This document shows positions 20,574 through 31,871 of a stretch of 64,000 nucleotides of DNA, in pieces. Every line of letters starts with the position of its first letter. The first letter of the stretch is position 1. The notes beneath the pieces were generated by a model. It had not been told where the DNA came from. It worked only from the letters and a program-made list of their open reading frames with translations, and ran no database searches. A program made the position numbers and the translations under genes. The stretch spans positions 1 through 64,000 of the forward strand of contig OZ076414.1 in assembly GCA_964187785.1 (NCBI GenBank). The letters run 5' to 3'. The stretch is from Amphiscolops sp. MND2022. Lineage: Eukaryota.

Positions 20574-20627
20574 CATATTTGGTTACTCACTTTACTCTGA
20601 ACGATAATGCCACGTACTTTTACTACT
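20574..20627 (-). repeat. Right terminal inverted repeat of the Polinton (54 bp)
   Basis: Exact reverse complement of 2514-2567; followed by GACAAT. Confidence 0.97.
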
Positions 20628-21540
20628 GACAATCATGTGGCTGGCGGTGAACATGCCAGATATGCGAAGTTGGAGCTAACAGAAAACCAGCACTTTTCAG
20701 CCAATCAGATTCTCGAAAGTTGTAAACATAAAACGCAGAAAGGTTGGTCACATTAACATGTGTAGTTCTGTAAAAATGTATGCCCCCCACCACCGAAATT
20801 TTTTGAAAGTGAATTTCCTTAAAAAGTTCAGACTAGCCTAATTAAATAAAAACCTTCTTTCATAACCAGAAGTTAACGTCTATTGGAAGTTTTTTGTTTG
20901 AACAAAACATTTTTCACACATTTTGACTATAATTACGCTCTTTTTTTTGTTGAAGTTGTTGATTTTTTTTTATCGATAATGCGTGGCTTCATACACAAAA
21001 ATAGTGTGAACAAAGTTTTTATCTCAATTGTAAACTGTCACCCATGGAAATAAATTCAAAACTGAAGGTTTCTGGTTTGTATTCAAGTCTTTTTCTTACA
21101 ATATTCCCACTAACTTTCCAAGAAAAATTGGCGGTGGGGGGACAGAAAAGAGCCAAAGTGCATATTTGGGTAAAACATTTGCCTGAGAAGTTGATTGATT
21201 TTTTCACAAATGAAAAACATGAAAAAGGTCACGTTTCATTACTGCTTAAAAGAATGCTGTCAAAAATTATTTTGTCTCTGAATCTAACTTCACTTATTTA
21301 ATCAACATTTTGTTGAACAGGCAAAACATCTACGGGCGGGTTTTTACTGGGCCTCAAAGATGCGGGAGCTTCCAGTGAAACCAAACTCACAGCTCGTGCA
21401 GTTTCGACGCCTGCGGTTCAACATGTTTTAATTGACTCGAGCACGAACGAGTTTTGGACAAGGGACCCTAAAGTGTCTGATTTGATTGGAGCAAATTTCG
21501 AAGGTGCTCCACTGATAGAAACACACAAGTTAGTGTAAAT

Positions 21541-21887
21541 CAGAGTTTTGACATCGCTAATTTTTTTCGCTAATCGCTAAACCGTTAATTTCAAAATCGC
21601 TATTTCGCTGAAAAACTTTTTCTTCAACCATTAAGTGTTTCTGCCATGAACGATAACTTGATTCAATTTTGCAAGAAAAAATCAGATTTTTCTATACTAT
21701 GTGGGTTTTACAGATGAAGAATTGGTATTTTTCGAAATTCATTTTAAAACTCCTGGTATTTTCCGAAGAAATTTTGAATTTGAATAATTTATTAGTTGCC
21801 GCTAATTTGAATCGCCAATAGAATCAGTGAAAAATTCTGCGGGGGCGCTAATTCGCTAAATCGCTGATTAGTGGTGTCAAAACTCTG
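21541..21887. mobile_element. hAT-type MITE (347 bp)
   Basis: TIR CAGAGTTTTGACA(T/C)C; 8-bp TSD GTGTAAAT (21533-21540 and 21888-21895); subterminal TCGCTA repeats. Confidence 0.9.
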
Positions 21888-23336
21888 GTGTAAATGAATA
21901 TACAATAAACTTAGAATGAGCACTCGTTTAACTGTTCAAAAACATAAAATTTTCCTAAAGTTTGAAAAACTGTTTTGAATAATCTCACAGTGCCGAAAAT
22001 GAGCTAAATGAAAATAACTGTACTCTTTTTAAAACCTGCAGAAATATCTGAATTCGGGTTATTGAATGCATAAAAGTTAATTTGGCTGTTTGAAACTTCC
22101 ATTTTGCTAACCGAATTTTGCATTTTTACCTCATAAAACAGCCATGCATGGAACCATAGGCTGTCCTTGACCCAAAACTATTTTTTTTTGGAATCCGAAG
22201 ATATTGTGTAATATTCTATAAATAAACTAGTAAAGCTTTTTCGAAACTGGATCTCAAGTTTTTCAGTAGAAAAGTTATTAAAATTTTGAGGAAATGACAT
22301 TTTTCCAAAGAATCTATCCATCATCCTGAAGAATCTTGAAAGCTAAAGTCAGAATCTAAACATTTTTGTCATCAGATGATGTTTCTGTTTTTTTTTCAGA
22401 GGAGGTAAAAATTGTCTTTTGGGACTTGCACTTGGTATGAGTAGCCCGGGGAAACGAACGAAGTTTCAAGACGTAACAGAGACTGTTTCCACCGAGAAAG
22501 ATACATCAGGTGATATTCAAAAGTTTCAAACCTGCAACTAAAAAGAGCGAAATTTTGTAAGCGTGGAAAAAAGTTTTTAAGCTTGGACTCCTCTTGCATG
22601 AAATAAGAGAGACTTAGGTAGAACACCGATTTTAACAATCCGGCTCTCGAAAGTTAACTAACGCCAATTTTTTTGAGATAAAAGCAGTAATACGAAGCAC
22701 CATGTTTGAAGTGCATTCTGACTTTTTTTTGCAAGTTTTTGAATAAATCAGTCACACTGCAACAACGAACTGATATTCTTGAATTTCTAAATATTTGGCT
22801 CTGTTATGGCGTTGGTGAATACAAAAATGCTAGAAGTATCCGTTCGGTCTAAACTTTGTTTGAATTGAAACGTTTTTGAGACGCAAAATGTGTGAATTTT
22901 TTTTTGGGAAAATCAAAAACGTTATACGAGAAATGAAAACGTTATATCCGAAATTTGAAAGCGCTACATCCGATACTTCGAAAATGTTTGATACGAATTT
23001 AACTATATGTTAGATGTTATATGCTAACGTGAATTTCTGCTATTTTGGACAATTATATCTAAAAATTTGGGTACATTTTTTGCCTGAAGTGTCAAAACAG
23101 TTATAGAGAATATCCTCAAAGTATTTACATTCATATAACATTCTCTAACTATTGAAAAGTTTTCTTCACCAACAAAATTTGGTTTCGTGTTGGGGGGATT
23201 AGCACCAAGGTGTACCTGGGGGGGATAGAACACATTGTCCAAAGTTGAATTTGATGGTGGTAGTTTTACCAGATGTGTTTTTGTTTCCGATCACCCAGTG
23301 GGCAAACGGTCGATTTTCCAGGCGGTTGAAAAGAGG

Positions 23337-23562
23337 AAAAAGAAGAAAAAACATAAAAAGAAGAAGCGTCGAGAGAGGAGGCGACGAGAAAGAGAAAGAC
23401 AACGACAAATAGAAAGAGCAAGACAAAGACAAAGAGAAGTAGAAAGAGAAAGGATGAGGAGAGGAAGACGAGTGAGGGGAGGAAGAAGACCAGCAAAAGG
23501 GGGAAGAGGAAGGGGAAGAGGAGGAAGAGGAGGAAGAAGGGGGAGAGGAGGAAGAGGAGGCG
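23337..23562 (+). repeat. Purine-rich low-complexity tract (GA/GGA/AGA repeats)
   Basis: Almost pure A/G sequence such as GAGGAAGAGGAGGAAGAAGG. Confidence 0.85.
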
Positions 23563-23616
23563 TTCCTCCGGGTAAAGATTTTTTTTATTTTTTAAAAAAT
23601 TAAATTACTTTGTAAT

Positions 23617-25627
23617 TGTCATGAACATTACGGTATGGTTTGTCACCGTGTTCATTGTTTAGGGTAGTTTTAGCTTTCACATTGTGCTGAGCTTCGGAAT
23701 AACTTTCCGGTCTCTCATCGGATCTCTCCCATCCCCTTCTAGTCTCTGGTCCTGCACCGGCCATAATAACGTTTTGGATCTGAGGCAAAACCTGGTTATT
23801 GATGGCATCACTTATGGCTCTTTGGATCTGTGAACTAACGCTGTTCATCATCTCATCCATCTCTCTAGATATTCTAGAGTTCAATTCACTCGATAACCTA
23901 TTGATCTCAGCTTGGGAATCTACACTAACTGAATTATGACCATAACCGGCGCTAGTTCCGGTGTCACGGTTTCTATGATCGGAATGGAGATTTATTTCTT
24001 CATCTTCCAAATTATTACTTGTAATGCTTTCTTGCCTCCTAATCGAGGTGCCATTAAGGCTGTCGTCTCTTTCTGTCCCATTAAAGTGATTCTCACCTAA
24101 CATAATATCAAGGTTCTCAATGTCTGAGAAAATCTCTAATCCCCTAGATTTTCTTGCCTTCTTTTGTTTTCTTGTAGTAGGCATTAAGACGGAACCGGGT
24201 TGAAAACTTGAACTGTCAATTTCGGAAAAGTTAACAGTGAAACCGTTTTGGATAACTTTACTAGCATGGACCAAAATGAATTAATGAATTCCCCAAGCGG
24301 GGCAATGGTATATATACCGCACGGGGAGTGGCAAACGCATTTTTTGCATGACCAGTAAATCATATGACATGTAGCATCAAAGAAATTATCCCAGCGTTTA
24401 CATATTTCGGGATTTTCAACTAACAATTCTCGGAAAGAATTTAATCAATTCGGTAACATCAAGCAAATCATTGACTAAACTATTTGCATCAAAGTGTCGC
24501 CGAATTGTAATCATAAGGTCACGCGGCCGTTCAAATTCCTGTTTTGACATCTTCAACAAGTATTCAAAAGGCACACGGTACATCGAATAGCATCAATTAA
24601 AATGTTTACACCGCTAATTTTTCAGGAATGCTGACAATCTCGTGTCAGCACGTGTCCTGTTAGCAGGCTAAATCAACTTGTATCCAACAATGTTACTTGT
24701 AATAACATACATTGGCTTTTATATACTACACCCATAAATTACATGTGTGAACTGGCTACTAAATCCGGACAGGTCTTTTGGACCAATAATAACAGCAACA
24801 TCATACACTGGTATTGATTGTATCAATTAGTTTCAAGAACTGCATGATTGTTTGTAACGTACTTGTAACTATACATGACATATAAAGTACACTAAATAGT
24901 TGAAACTAGCATCTGGATAATAAGTTTGCAAGAGGGCCTTAACCGGCCATTGTCCGGTTGGCCATAGCAGCAAAGGATGGAAATCAGGCAAATGGCCTTA
25001 TTCGGCCTAATATTTGAATGAGTAGAATAAAGCGCCAATTAGCTAAAATGCACGTTTAATTAGCACAGGGACATGGTTAGACAATTATTTAGCGAACTAT
25101 AGCGATGTCTACGTTAATATTCTCTCATCTGAACACTAAGGCCGGAACCGGCCGTTTGACTAAAGCGTCAATTAATTGAAGATGAAATTCTGGCACATGG
25201 CCTTAACCGGCCATTAATTAAATACAGCACTAGTAATACTCAAATGGATGAATATGATTGGCTAATATGTTGAGCTCAAGTGACGTTTCCGGAATTGGAG
25301 TTTACGTCCACTTGAACTCGTTTCCTTTACGCTTTCTAGCTGCCTTTGTATTGCTATAACAGCGCGTTTTTATTGCATATCTAACTTTACATTGTCAATA
25401 CATCATCTGTGCTTTCAAATGCTGGCATTAACGGACTAATACCTGCAAACTATATACTAAACGCAAAATTAGCAACGATAATAGGTACAACTTGTAAACC
25501 AAAAAATAAAAACAAAGTTTGTGTTTTAATGTTTACCTCTAATATGTTGGTAATGTTCCGGCCGCTATTTCCTGCCCTTCTGCAGTAGTTGTAATTCTTG
25601 TGCCGTCACAGGTGGCAGCCTGCGACA
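23617..25627 (-). repeat. 3' LTR (2011 bp, TGTCGC...CATGACA)
   Basis: Full-length homologue of 40364-42376 (inverted) and of 39260-40363 (direct, partial); contains an intact copy of the gag N-terminus (ATG 24184). The U3 end is inferred from the junction at 40364. Confidence 0.88.
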
Positions 25628-26324
25628 CTGCGGGTGCTAGGAAGAGCAAGCTTCCTGCGTTCAAGCCATTTTCATAAGCCTCTCGTCGTAGGGCGGTGAT
25701 ATAAGCGGGCTCGCTGCCAGGCGTCGATCTCCGCATGTAACAGTTCACCTTCTCTTCTTTTATTTGATCTCTCGATTTGCCGCAAACCATGCAGCCTGTA
25801 TGCAAACGTTGGCTCACGTCCTGATACGGCTTGATGTTTTGTATGTGGTAAGACGCATGGAAAGTTCCAGAGGTAGACTGTATAAGCGGGGTGTCAATGC
25901 TTGGTCCCCTTTCATGATCTGGGGGAGACATTGGGGACTCTAGAACAGGCAGTACAGTTGCACAGAGCTCAACTTTTGATTTCCTTTGCCTTTTCGACGG
26001 AGCCATGCACATCTCCTTATTAAAATACTCGAATCCCAGTTTAGGTGTAGAGGGCGGAACAGGCTGGGCACAACTTGGTCCAGCTGCCATCTCGTCTACT
26101 AGTGCTTCTGTCGTCATCCCTCGTCCCGCGATGGGGATTGGAACTGCTTTCACCTCCCGCTCTATTCTTTCTATGATCGCTTCCGTATCTGTGGACCAGT
26201 CTGAGTCCCAGGAACTTGAGACTTCATTTTCACTATCGCTCGAAATGTAGATCACAGAATCTGCTGAACTTTCTGAGTCTTCTTCAAGATCGAAAAGCTT
26301 TTTAGCTAGATTATATCTTTGCAT
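25539..26324 (-). CDS. Accessory ORF (261 aa) running into the U3 of the 3' LTR
   Basis: Open ORF with an acidic S-rich N-terminus and a CMVCG motif; the last ~29 codons lie in the LTR. Confidence 0.6.
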   Translation of the reverse strand: MQRYNLAKKLFDLEEDSESSADSVIYISSDSENEVSSSWDSDWSTDTEAIIERIEREVKAVPIPIAGRGMTTEALVDEMAAGPSCAQPVPPSTPKLGFEYFNKEMCMAPSKRQRKSKVELCATVLPVLESPMSPPDHERGPSIDTPLIQSTSGTFHASYHIQNIKPYQDVSQRLHTGCMVCGKSRDQIKEEKVNCYMRRSTPGSEPAYITALRREAYENGLNAGSLLFLAPAVSQAATCDGTRITTTAEGQEIAAGTLPTY

Positions 26325-26676
26325 TATGATTTTCTTAGCAATTTTGCTGATTGGAAAAGTCGACTAGTTTGAGTGAGATTTCAGAGTGGAATGAATTCAC
26401 CAACTCAAAAATTTAGTCGACTCGGACCTTTTCCCGGCAGTTCGTTTTTGGCGGTTGAGTTTTCGGTAAATCGTCCTGATCCGACGTAAACATTCCTGAA
26501 TGGAATTTTATAATTAGTCGGCAACCTTTGATAATACGGTGTTTACCCTTCATCAGCACCATCAATCTGAGATGTGTTAATGACGCTTGAGTTGTAAGTA
26601 TTATCTCCACCCGTTTCAAGTGGGTAATTAACAGTTTGCCTGAGAGCGATTAACGGCACGCGACGCGGAATTCTTT

Positions 26677-26774
26677 CAAAATGGCTTCAGCCAATCAGCT
26701 TTAAGCTTCGATAAATTGCAAAATTAAATAACAAAAATGGCGAAAATAATAAATCCAAATAATCCAAGATGGCG
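26677..26774 (+). promoter_or_regulatory. Cluster of three YY1-like motifs in the divergent intergenic region
   Basis: CAAAATGGCT, AAAAATGGCG and CAAGATGGCG match the AANATGGCG consensus; they lie between divergently oriented ORFs at 26324 and 27370. Confidence 0.35.
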
Positions 26775-27369
26775 AAAATTCTAACTAAAAGGTAACTAAG
26801 ACAACTGAACGAAACGGCAAAATAAAACAGGGCAAACGGCCATAATCGGCCATTAACTAAATAGGCTGCAAATAATGAAGATCTTTGTACATTTCGCTGG
26901 CAGACTCCATGTACAGAATAAATATGTAAATAACCAAATAATATTAGTCTGGTAAACTTTCTTCAGCCACGAACTCCAACTTCTAATTCAATTACCCCAA
27001 TTTAATTCCAGTTCAATTCTGATTATTTTACTTCTGCTTTCTTTATCTGAAATCCTTCACCAGACAGCTTTCGCTACTCATCTTTAACCTCTCCAACAGC
27101 CTTCCTCTCTGAAGTATCCCCGGGACCCGTCCCTAATCCGGATTCGGCCAGATTCTACATCTCTGGAGCCTGATTGGTTCGACATTGATAGGCGAAGCAG
27201 AGCAGAATGTCTTCAGTTGAAGGTTGGTTTGCTTTGGTTTTGAACCTAATTTAACTTGATCAGGGCTAAATTTGTTCACAAAATGCTTCCTGTTTCCATC
27301 AGCAAACACGTGATAACACGTTTTTTTCAAATTTTCAAAGTACTTACGGAAGTTTTCTAATGCGGTAGA

Positions 27370-30300
27370 ATGGATTTCTTTCAAGGAAGCTCACCGCCAA
27401 ATTTCATCTCCTTCTGTTTAGAACATCAGAATGTTGATGAACCACAAGTCCAAAGCAACACTACAACTGGCAATCCCACTGGGCCTCCTCAACGTCCAGT
27501 TCCCATTTCAATGCCCAGCAGTGCACCTTCTCCTCCTCCATTTCCCTCAGTCAGAGCTGTTCTCAGTCAAACAATGCAGATGGCTGTTGATTCTCCTTTC
27601 AGCAATGAGAGCAACATTGATGTCACCACTTATGCGGATGAGATGGTTCAGCGGATGGAAATTTCCCAAAGCCTCATCGGTGTTGATCCTGCTCGCCACG
27701 ATGAGGAAGGTCCATTTACGGCCCAAATCCCAACTGCACAGGCCACAATTCGGGATCCTGAATTTGTACGCTCAAGCACTCCAAATTCATCCAACCAGCC
27801 TGGGGCTACAGTAGTCAGTCTTTCCCAGCTTGAATCATCCCTCTTCGTTGTGCCAAAGACACAAGCTGACCTCCCTGAATTACAAGTCAACCAGGACCAG
27901 ACTCAAGAGGTGTCTGAAGCTTCATTCCTCCAGTCTGAAGAGAATGCTCCATCCTCAGTCATTGAACCACCGCCACTTCCTGGGAGAAATGAGCGGGCCA
28001 AAGCCTCGGGTGAACATAGCGACACCAACCAAACACTGGAAAGTGCAAGTCAGTCCGAAATCCCTGCTCTGTATGGGACAAACCCCTTTGACTCTGTTCC
28101 ACTATCTGAGGGAGGTGGCGAATCTGGGTCTGAGATTCATGACCCGGGCCAACCGGGCAAGTCAAGGGCAGGCCTACCGGTACAAGGTGAAGTTCTGCGA
28201 GATCTGTCAGGGCGAAGTAGAGCAACCCTGAAACAGTATTTTGAGACTGAGGACCCATACACCTTCCCTGTCGGACAAAGGGTCGTTGCCTTCACTGAGC
28301 CACAAGTCTACCATTTACTCCGAGTTTTGACTGATGAGGCCATAAATATGACTTGCTCCACTATGGAGAAGATGGTAATTGGAGCTGTCAGTGGGACATC
28401 TGCAACAGCCCCTTCATGGACTGAAAGATTTCGGTCAGTAGCTCGTTCCTCTACTTCAGGTCCCAATCAACGAGTTGGGTCCAGCTCCGAAGGAATTCTG
28501 ACTGAATATGGTTCAGGGTCAGAATCCCAAGCTGACACGAGTATGCTTCAGGATGTCAGCGACTTCTTCAATCCTGATGAGAGTGATGGTGTCACGGAGA
28601 TGGCCCTAATTAACCAAGCCTTTGGCATAACCGCTTCTGGGAGTTCTCCTCCTGTAGCACAACCGGGACAGTCACGAGGCCTTTCTGAGGAAGGAACTGA
28701 GTCAGCCGAGAAGAGTAGCCTCGATGCCACATTGTCCGAGGTCCGTAACCGGTCTTCTGCCCAGAAGTCCCGTCAGGGAGTTGTGGCAGCCAAATCTGCT
28801 AAAGCCAAAAGGGGACCAAAGCGCGGAGTACCCATGAGGGAGGAGTTTTTCTCCAAAATAAGGTGGACGAGGTCTTTCATCTCTGGGCCAACTGACCCTC
28901 TCCACAACCCACACATGGTATGGTGCCACATGTGTAAGAAAAACTTCAGCATTAAAACTAAGGGCACCGTTGAGATCTTGCGCCACCATAGAACAGAAAA
29001 GCACCTACGTCGCGATCAAAGGTGGAGATATGAACACCTCAGAACAACTGATTCGGTGACCGGAAAGATTCAACATCGGGTTCGTGGGAGGAATGGCAAA
29101 ATCCTCAATAAGAGTGATCTAGCCCATGAACTGCCTAAATTCATCCACACTGAGCTCATCGATGTAGGAGAGAGACACCCCTTTTATGAGGATTATCTGA
29201 AGGGTCATACTTTCGCACCTGTTACGCCTCAGTCGCGGTTGCGGACTCAGATTTGCCTTGTTGGAGACTTTGTCCAAAGTTCGGGAGACCTGGCTCTGCT
29301 TCGTAAACTGTGGGCGAGGGCTGGCAACTATACAGGGTACCAAGCGGCCTTCCAAGACTTCGATTGGAGCGAAGATCTTATACTGGTATGTTTAATCAAC
29401 TGCTTTTCATAGAGTCATGGTTAGCATAACAGAGGGTTAGAAAAGCAGCAGCACATAATCTTCCAATTTTGTTCCATTTCAGGCCATCTTCCAACACATC
29501 TTCAATTGCATGATGGAAGACGTGTCCAATCAGGTTGCCGCTTCCCAACATTTTGGGATCGAATTTGAGAAGAGGGGGACCAATCGCTACATGTCCCTCC
29601 GATTCTGGAATGGTGCCCAGCTTTGTCGGGTCTTCATCTGCCGGAGTGGTCTTACCGGCACTGGGCTTAGTGAAGAACTGGGCTCTCTGTCACGGCTGTT
29701 GTCCGTCATTTCTACAACCCCCGATGTAGTCGCCATCTCAGGATGTGCCGTCGACCTGATCAGGACAGTGGACAAACATCCCTCTTACCCTCGGGGCGTG
29801 CAGAGCTGTTTCCGCTTCGAGTGCCTCAACCTCCAAACGCTGATGCACAAGATGAATTACAGTGTGTTTGGCCACATTGACATGTTCTGGTGCTTCAACG
29901 CCTGTTAGTTTCACTTGGAGGATGCCTCTCAGAAGACTGGATCATTTAATCAGCTGAACTAATTCGAGTAAGTTCACTTTGTGAATTCAGTCTGTAAGGT
30001 ACTAGTGTGAAGAGATAAACTACACCAATTGGTCTCTTGATCCTAAGAGCTGTAATGTTTTAGGCGATTACAACTTGTACACTCGAAGTGAAAAAGGTAC
30101 CAGATTTGTGCCGGGACCTGCTGAAGAAATGGAAGTCAATTCTGCGATACCTCTCAGTCCATTCTCGCAGACAGGAAAACCAAGGAGTCCACAATAAGGT
30201 TATACCTCTTTAATGGTACTTATTTCCTTTAGGAGGAGTTCAGGCTAATTGCCACCCTTTTGGTACTGTGGGTAGGGTTATTTGTCTCGTATTCCCCCGT

Positions 30301-31629
30301 GTCTTTCGCAGGCTCAGAGTTTTGAGTGGTCCCTCATCATTTACAATTCCTTCACCGCCAAATTAGAGCTGTTCCAGCGCCTGGTCAGCGATTGTGAGTA
30401 TTTCCTATTTCGTGATAGTCACTTTGGTCTGTCGTCCTTTAAGGACCTTTAGATTTTGTATTTCAGACGTCACCAGTTTCGCTATCAATCTCGCTCAAAG
30501 ACGGGACGCTTCCTTCTTCCTGTGCGGAGAGAAATGCAGTTACATCAACCGTCTCTGTTTTCGTGTTTTCCGACCCGACACCGTGCCATTAGAGAATGCC
30601 TGGTTTCTGCTAATGGACTTCCAGCTTGGCCAAGGCACACTCAGGGACGATGAAGACTTCCTGGTGCGTCTTAAGATAGCCAGCAGAGTTGCCACTGCCT
30701 GTAACCTGAAAGCAGCCGGACTCCACTTTAACGAAAAGTCCAGTAAGGCAGCCATTGCCAAAACAGCTGAAGTTGCGAAGTCAGATTTTGTGTCCAGCGC
30801 CAAGGACTTTATCAAATTTCTGTTGTCAGGGGTCCTCCAACACACAGAGCTCGCTTCTGACCTTATCAAGGGACTAGCCGCGTTCGATCCCTTTATTTTG
30901 TTCCAAAGGCCTGTGGAAGTCGCCTTACACCATTTCGACTATTTGTATTCGACATTCCAGTTGCGTTCCTGGGTCTCTGCATCGAATGAGTCAGTTTGCC
31001 GAGATGAATATGTGGCCTTGTTGGACTATCTCCGTGCCAATCATTCCACCGAATTCGGTTCCATCAGTCATCCTCCTGACCTCATTGACTTTTTTATGGG
31101 CTTAGATTTCCTTCAAACCCACGACCACATTTGTTACTTGTTCAAGTTGAGCTGTTTGTGTATAACATCTGTTAGCCCCGAGTATCCCCCAGTGTCTTTT
31201 GGAAAGATTGACACGAGAGGACTTCAGTCCCGTTTGGCAGACGTTATCTTGCCCTGCCAGAGTTACTTGACATCAGTGCCTGATTCCCTGCTTGCCTGTT
31301 GCACTGAGTCCTGACTTGAGAAGTTCTGTCATTTGTCCACTTCGTTTGGACAATCAAGTTTCGCTGCCGATTATGACCCTTGGACCTTCGTAGACGGTTT
31401 CGGCCGTTCTGCTATTTACAAGACTCTTGTGACATCTTATCGTTCTGTTCTTGCTGGGTCAGACTTCCATTTTAGGAGTCCCACTCTTCCTGATGTTTCT
31501 TCTGTGCAAGACGCACCTGCTGTCAAGCTGCCTAGTGAAGGCAAACGTAGACGGATGGAAAGGAGTTGTTCCCGTAGTAGATCCTCATCTGTCATTGAAG
31601 AATCCCCTGCTGGTAGCTCTAAAAACTAA
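27370..31629 (+). pseudogene. Antisense multi-exon accessory gene of the Gypsy element, with a BED-type zinc finger and a possible hAT-like C-terminus
   Basis: Exon 27370-29385 has WCHMC...HHRTEKH. Intron 29386-29482 (GTATGT..TTTCAG) and intron 30394-30466 (GTGAGT..TTTCAG) are in frame; further acceptors at 30232 and 30311; in-frame nonsense codon at 31312. The middle exon boundaries are uncertain. Confidence 0.7.
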
Positions 31630-31871
31630 CTGTACATATGTATTTATGTACTTACAGACTGTAAATTTTGCTGATTTTCTGTTTGTATTATTTGTTTCAT
31701 TTTGTTTTTCTTGATTTCCTGATCCCGTATTTATTTTCCTTGCAAGGGATCGTCCAAATGTTCCATTATTTATTCAGAAAATTTTGCTGCATGGGACTGA
31801 TAAAAAAGAAAATAAAAGAGAAAAAAGCAGAACAGTTCAGGGCTAATTTCCTGAACCGAATTTAATTTTCT

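Larger units (their letters stand above)
2514..20627. mobile_element. Complete Polinton/Maverick (adintovirus-like endogenous DNA virus), 18,114 bp
   Basis: Termini AGTAGTAAAAG...CTTTTACTACT; perfect 54-bp TIRs; 6-bp TSD GACAAT at 2508-2513 and 20628-20633; full core gene set. Confidence 0.97.

Noticed and set aside
23235-23603. R/G-rich 122-aa ORF as a protamine-like or RGG protein
   Set aside because: It is a translation of a purine simple repeat, has no ATG start, and is not supported by context.
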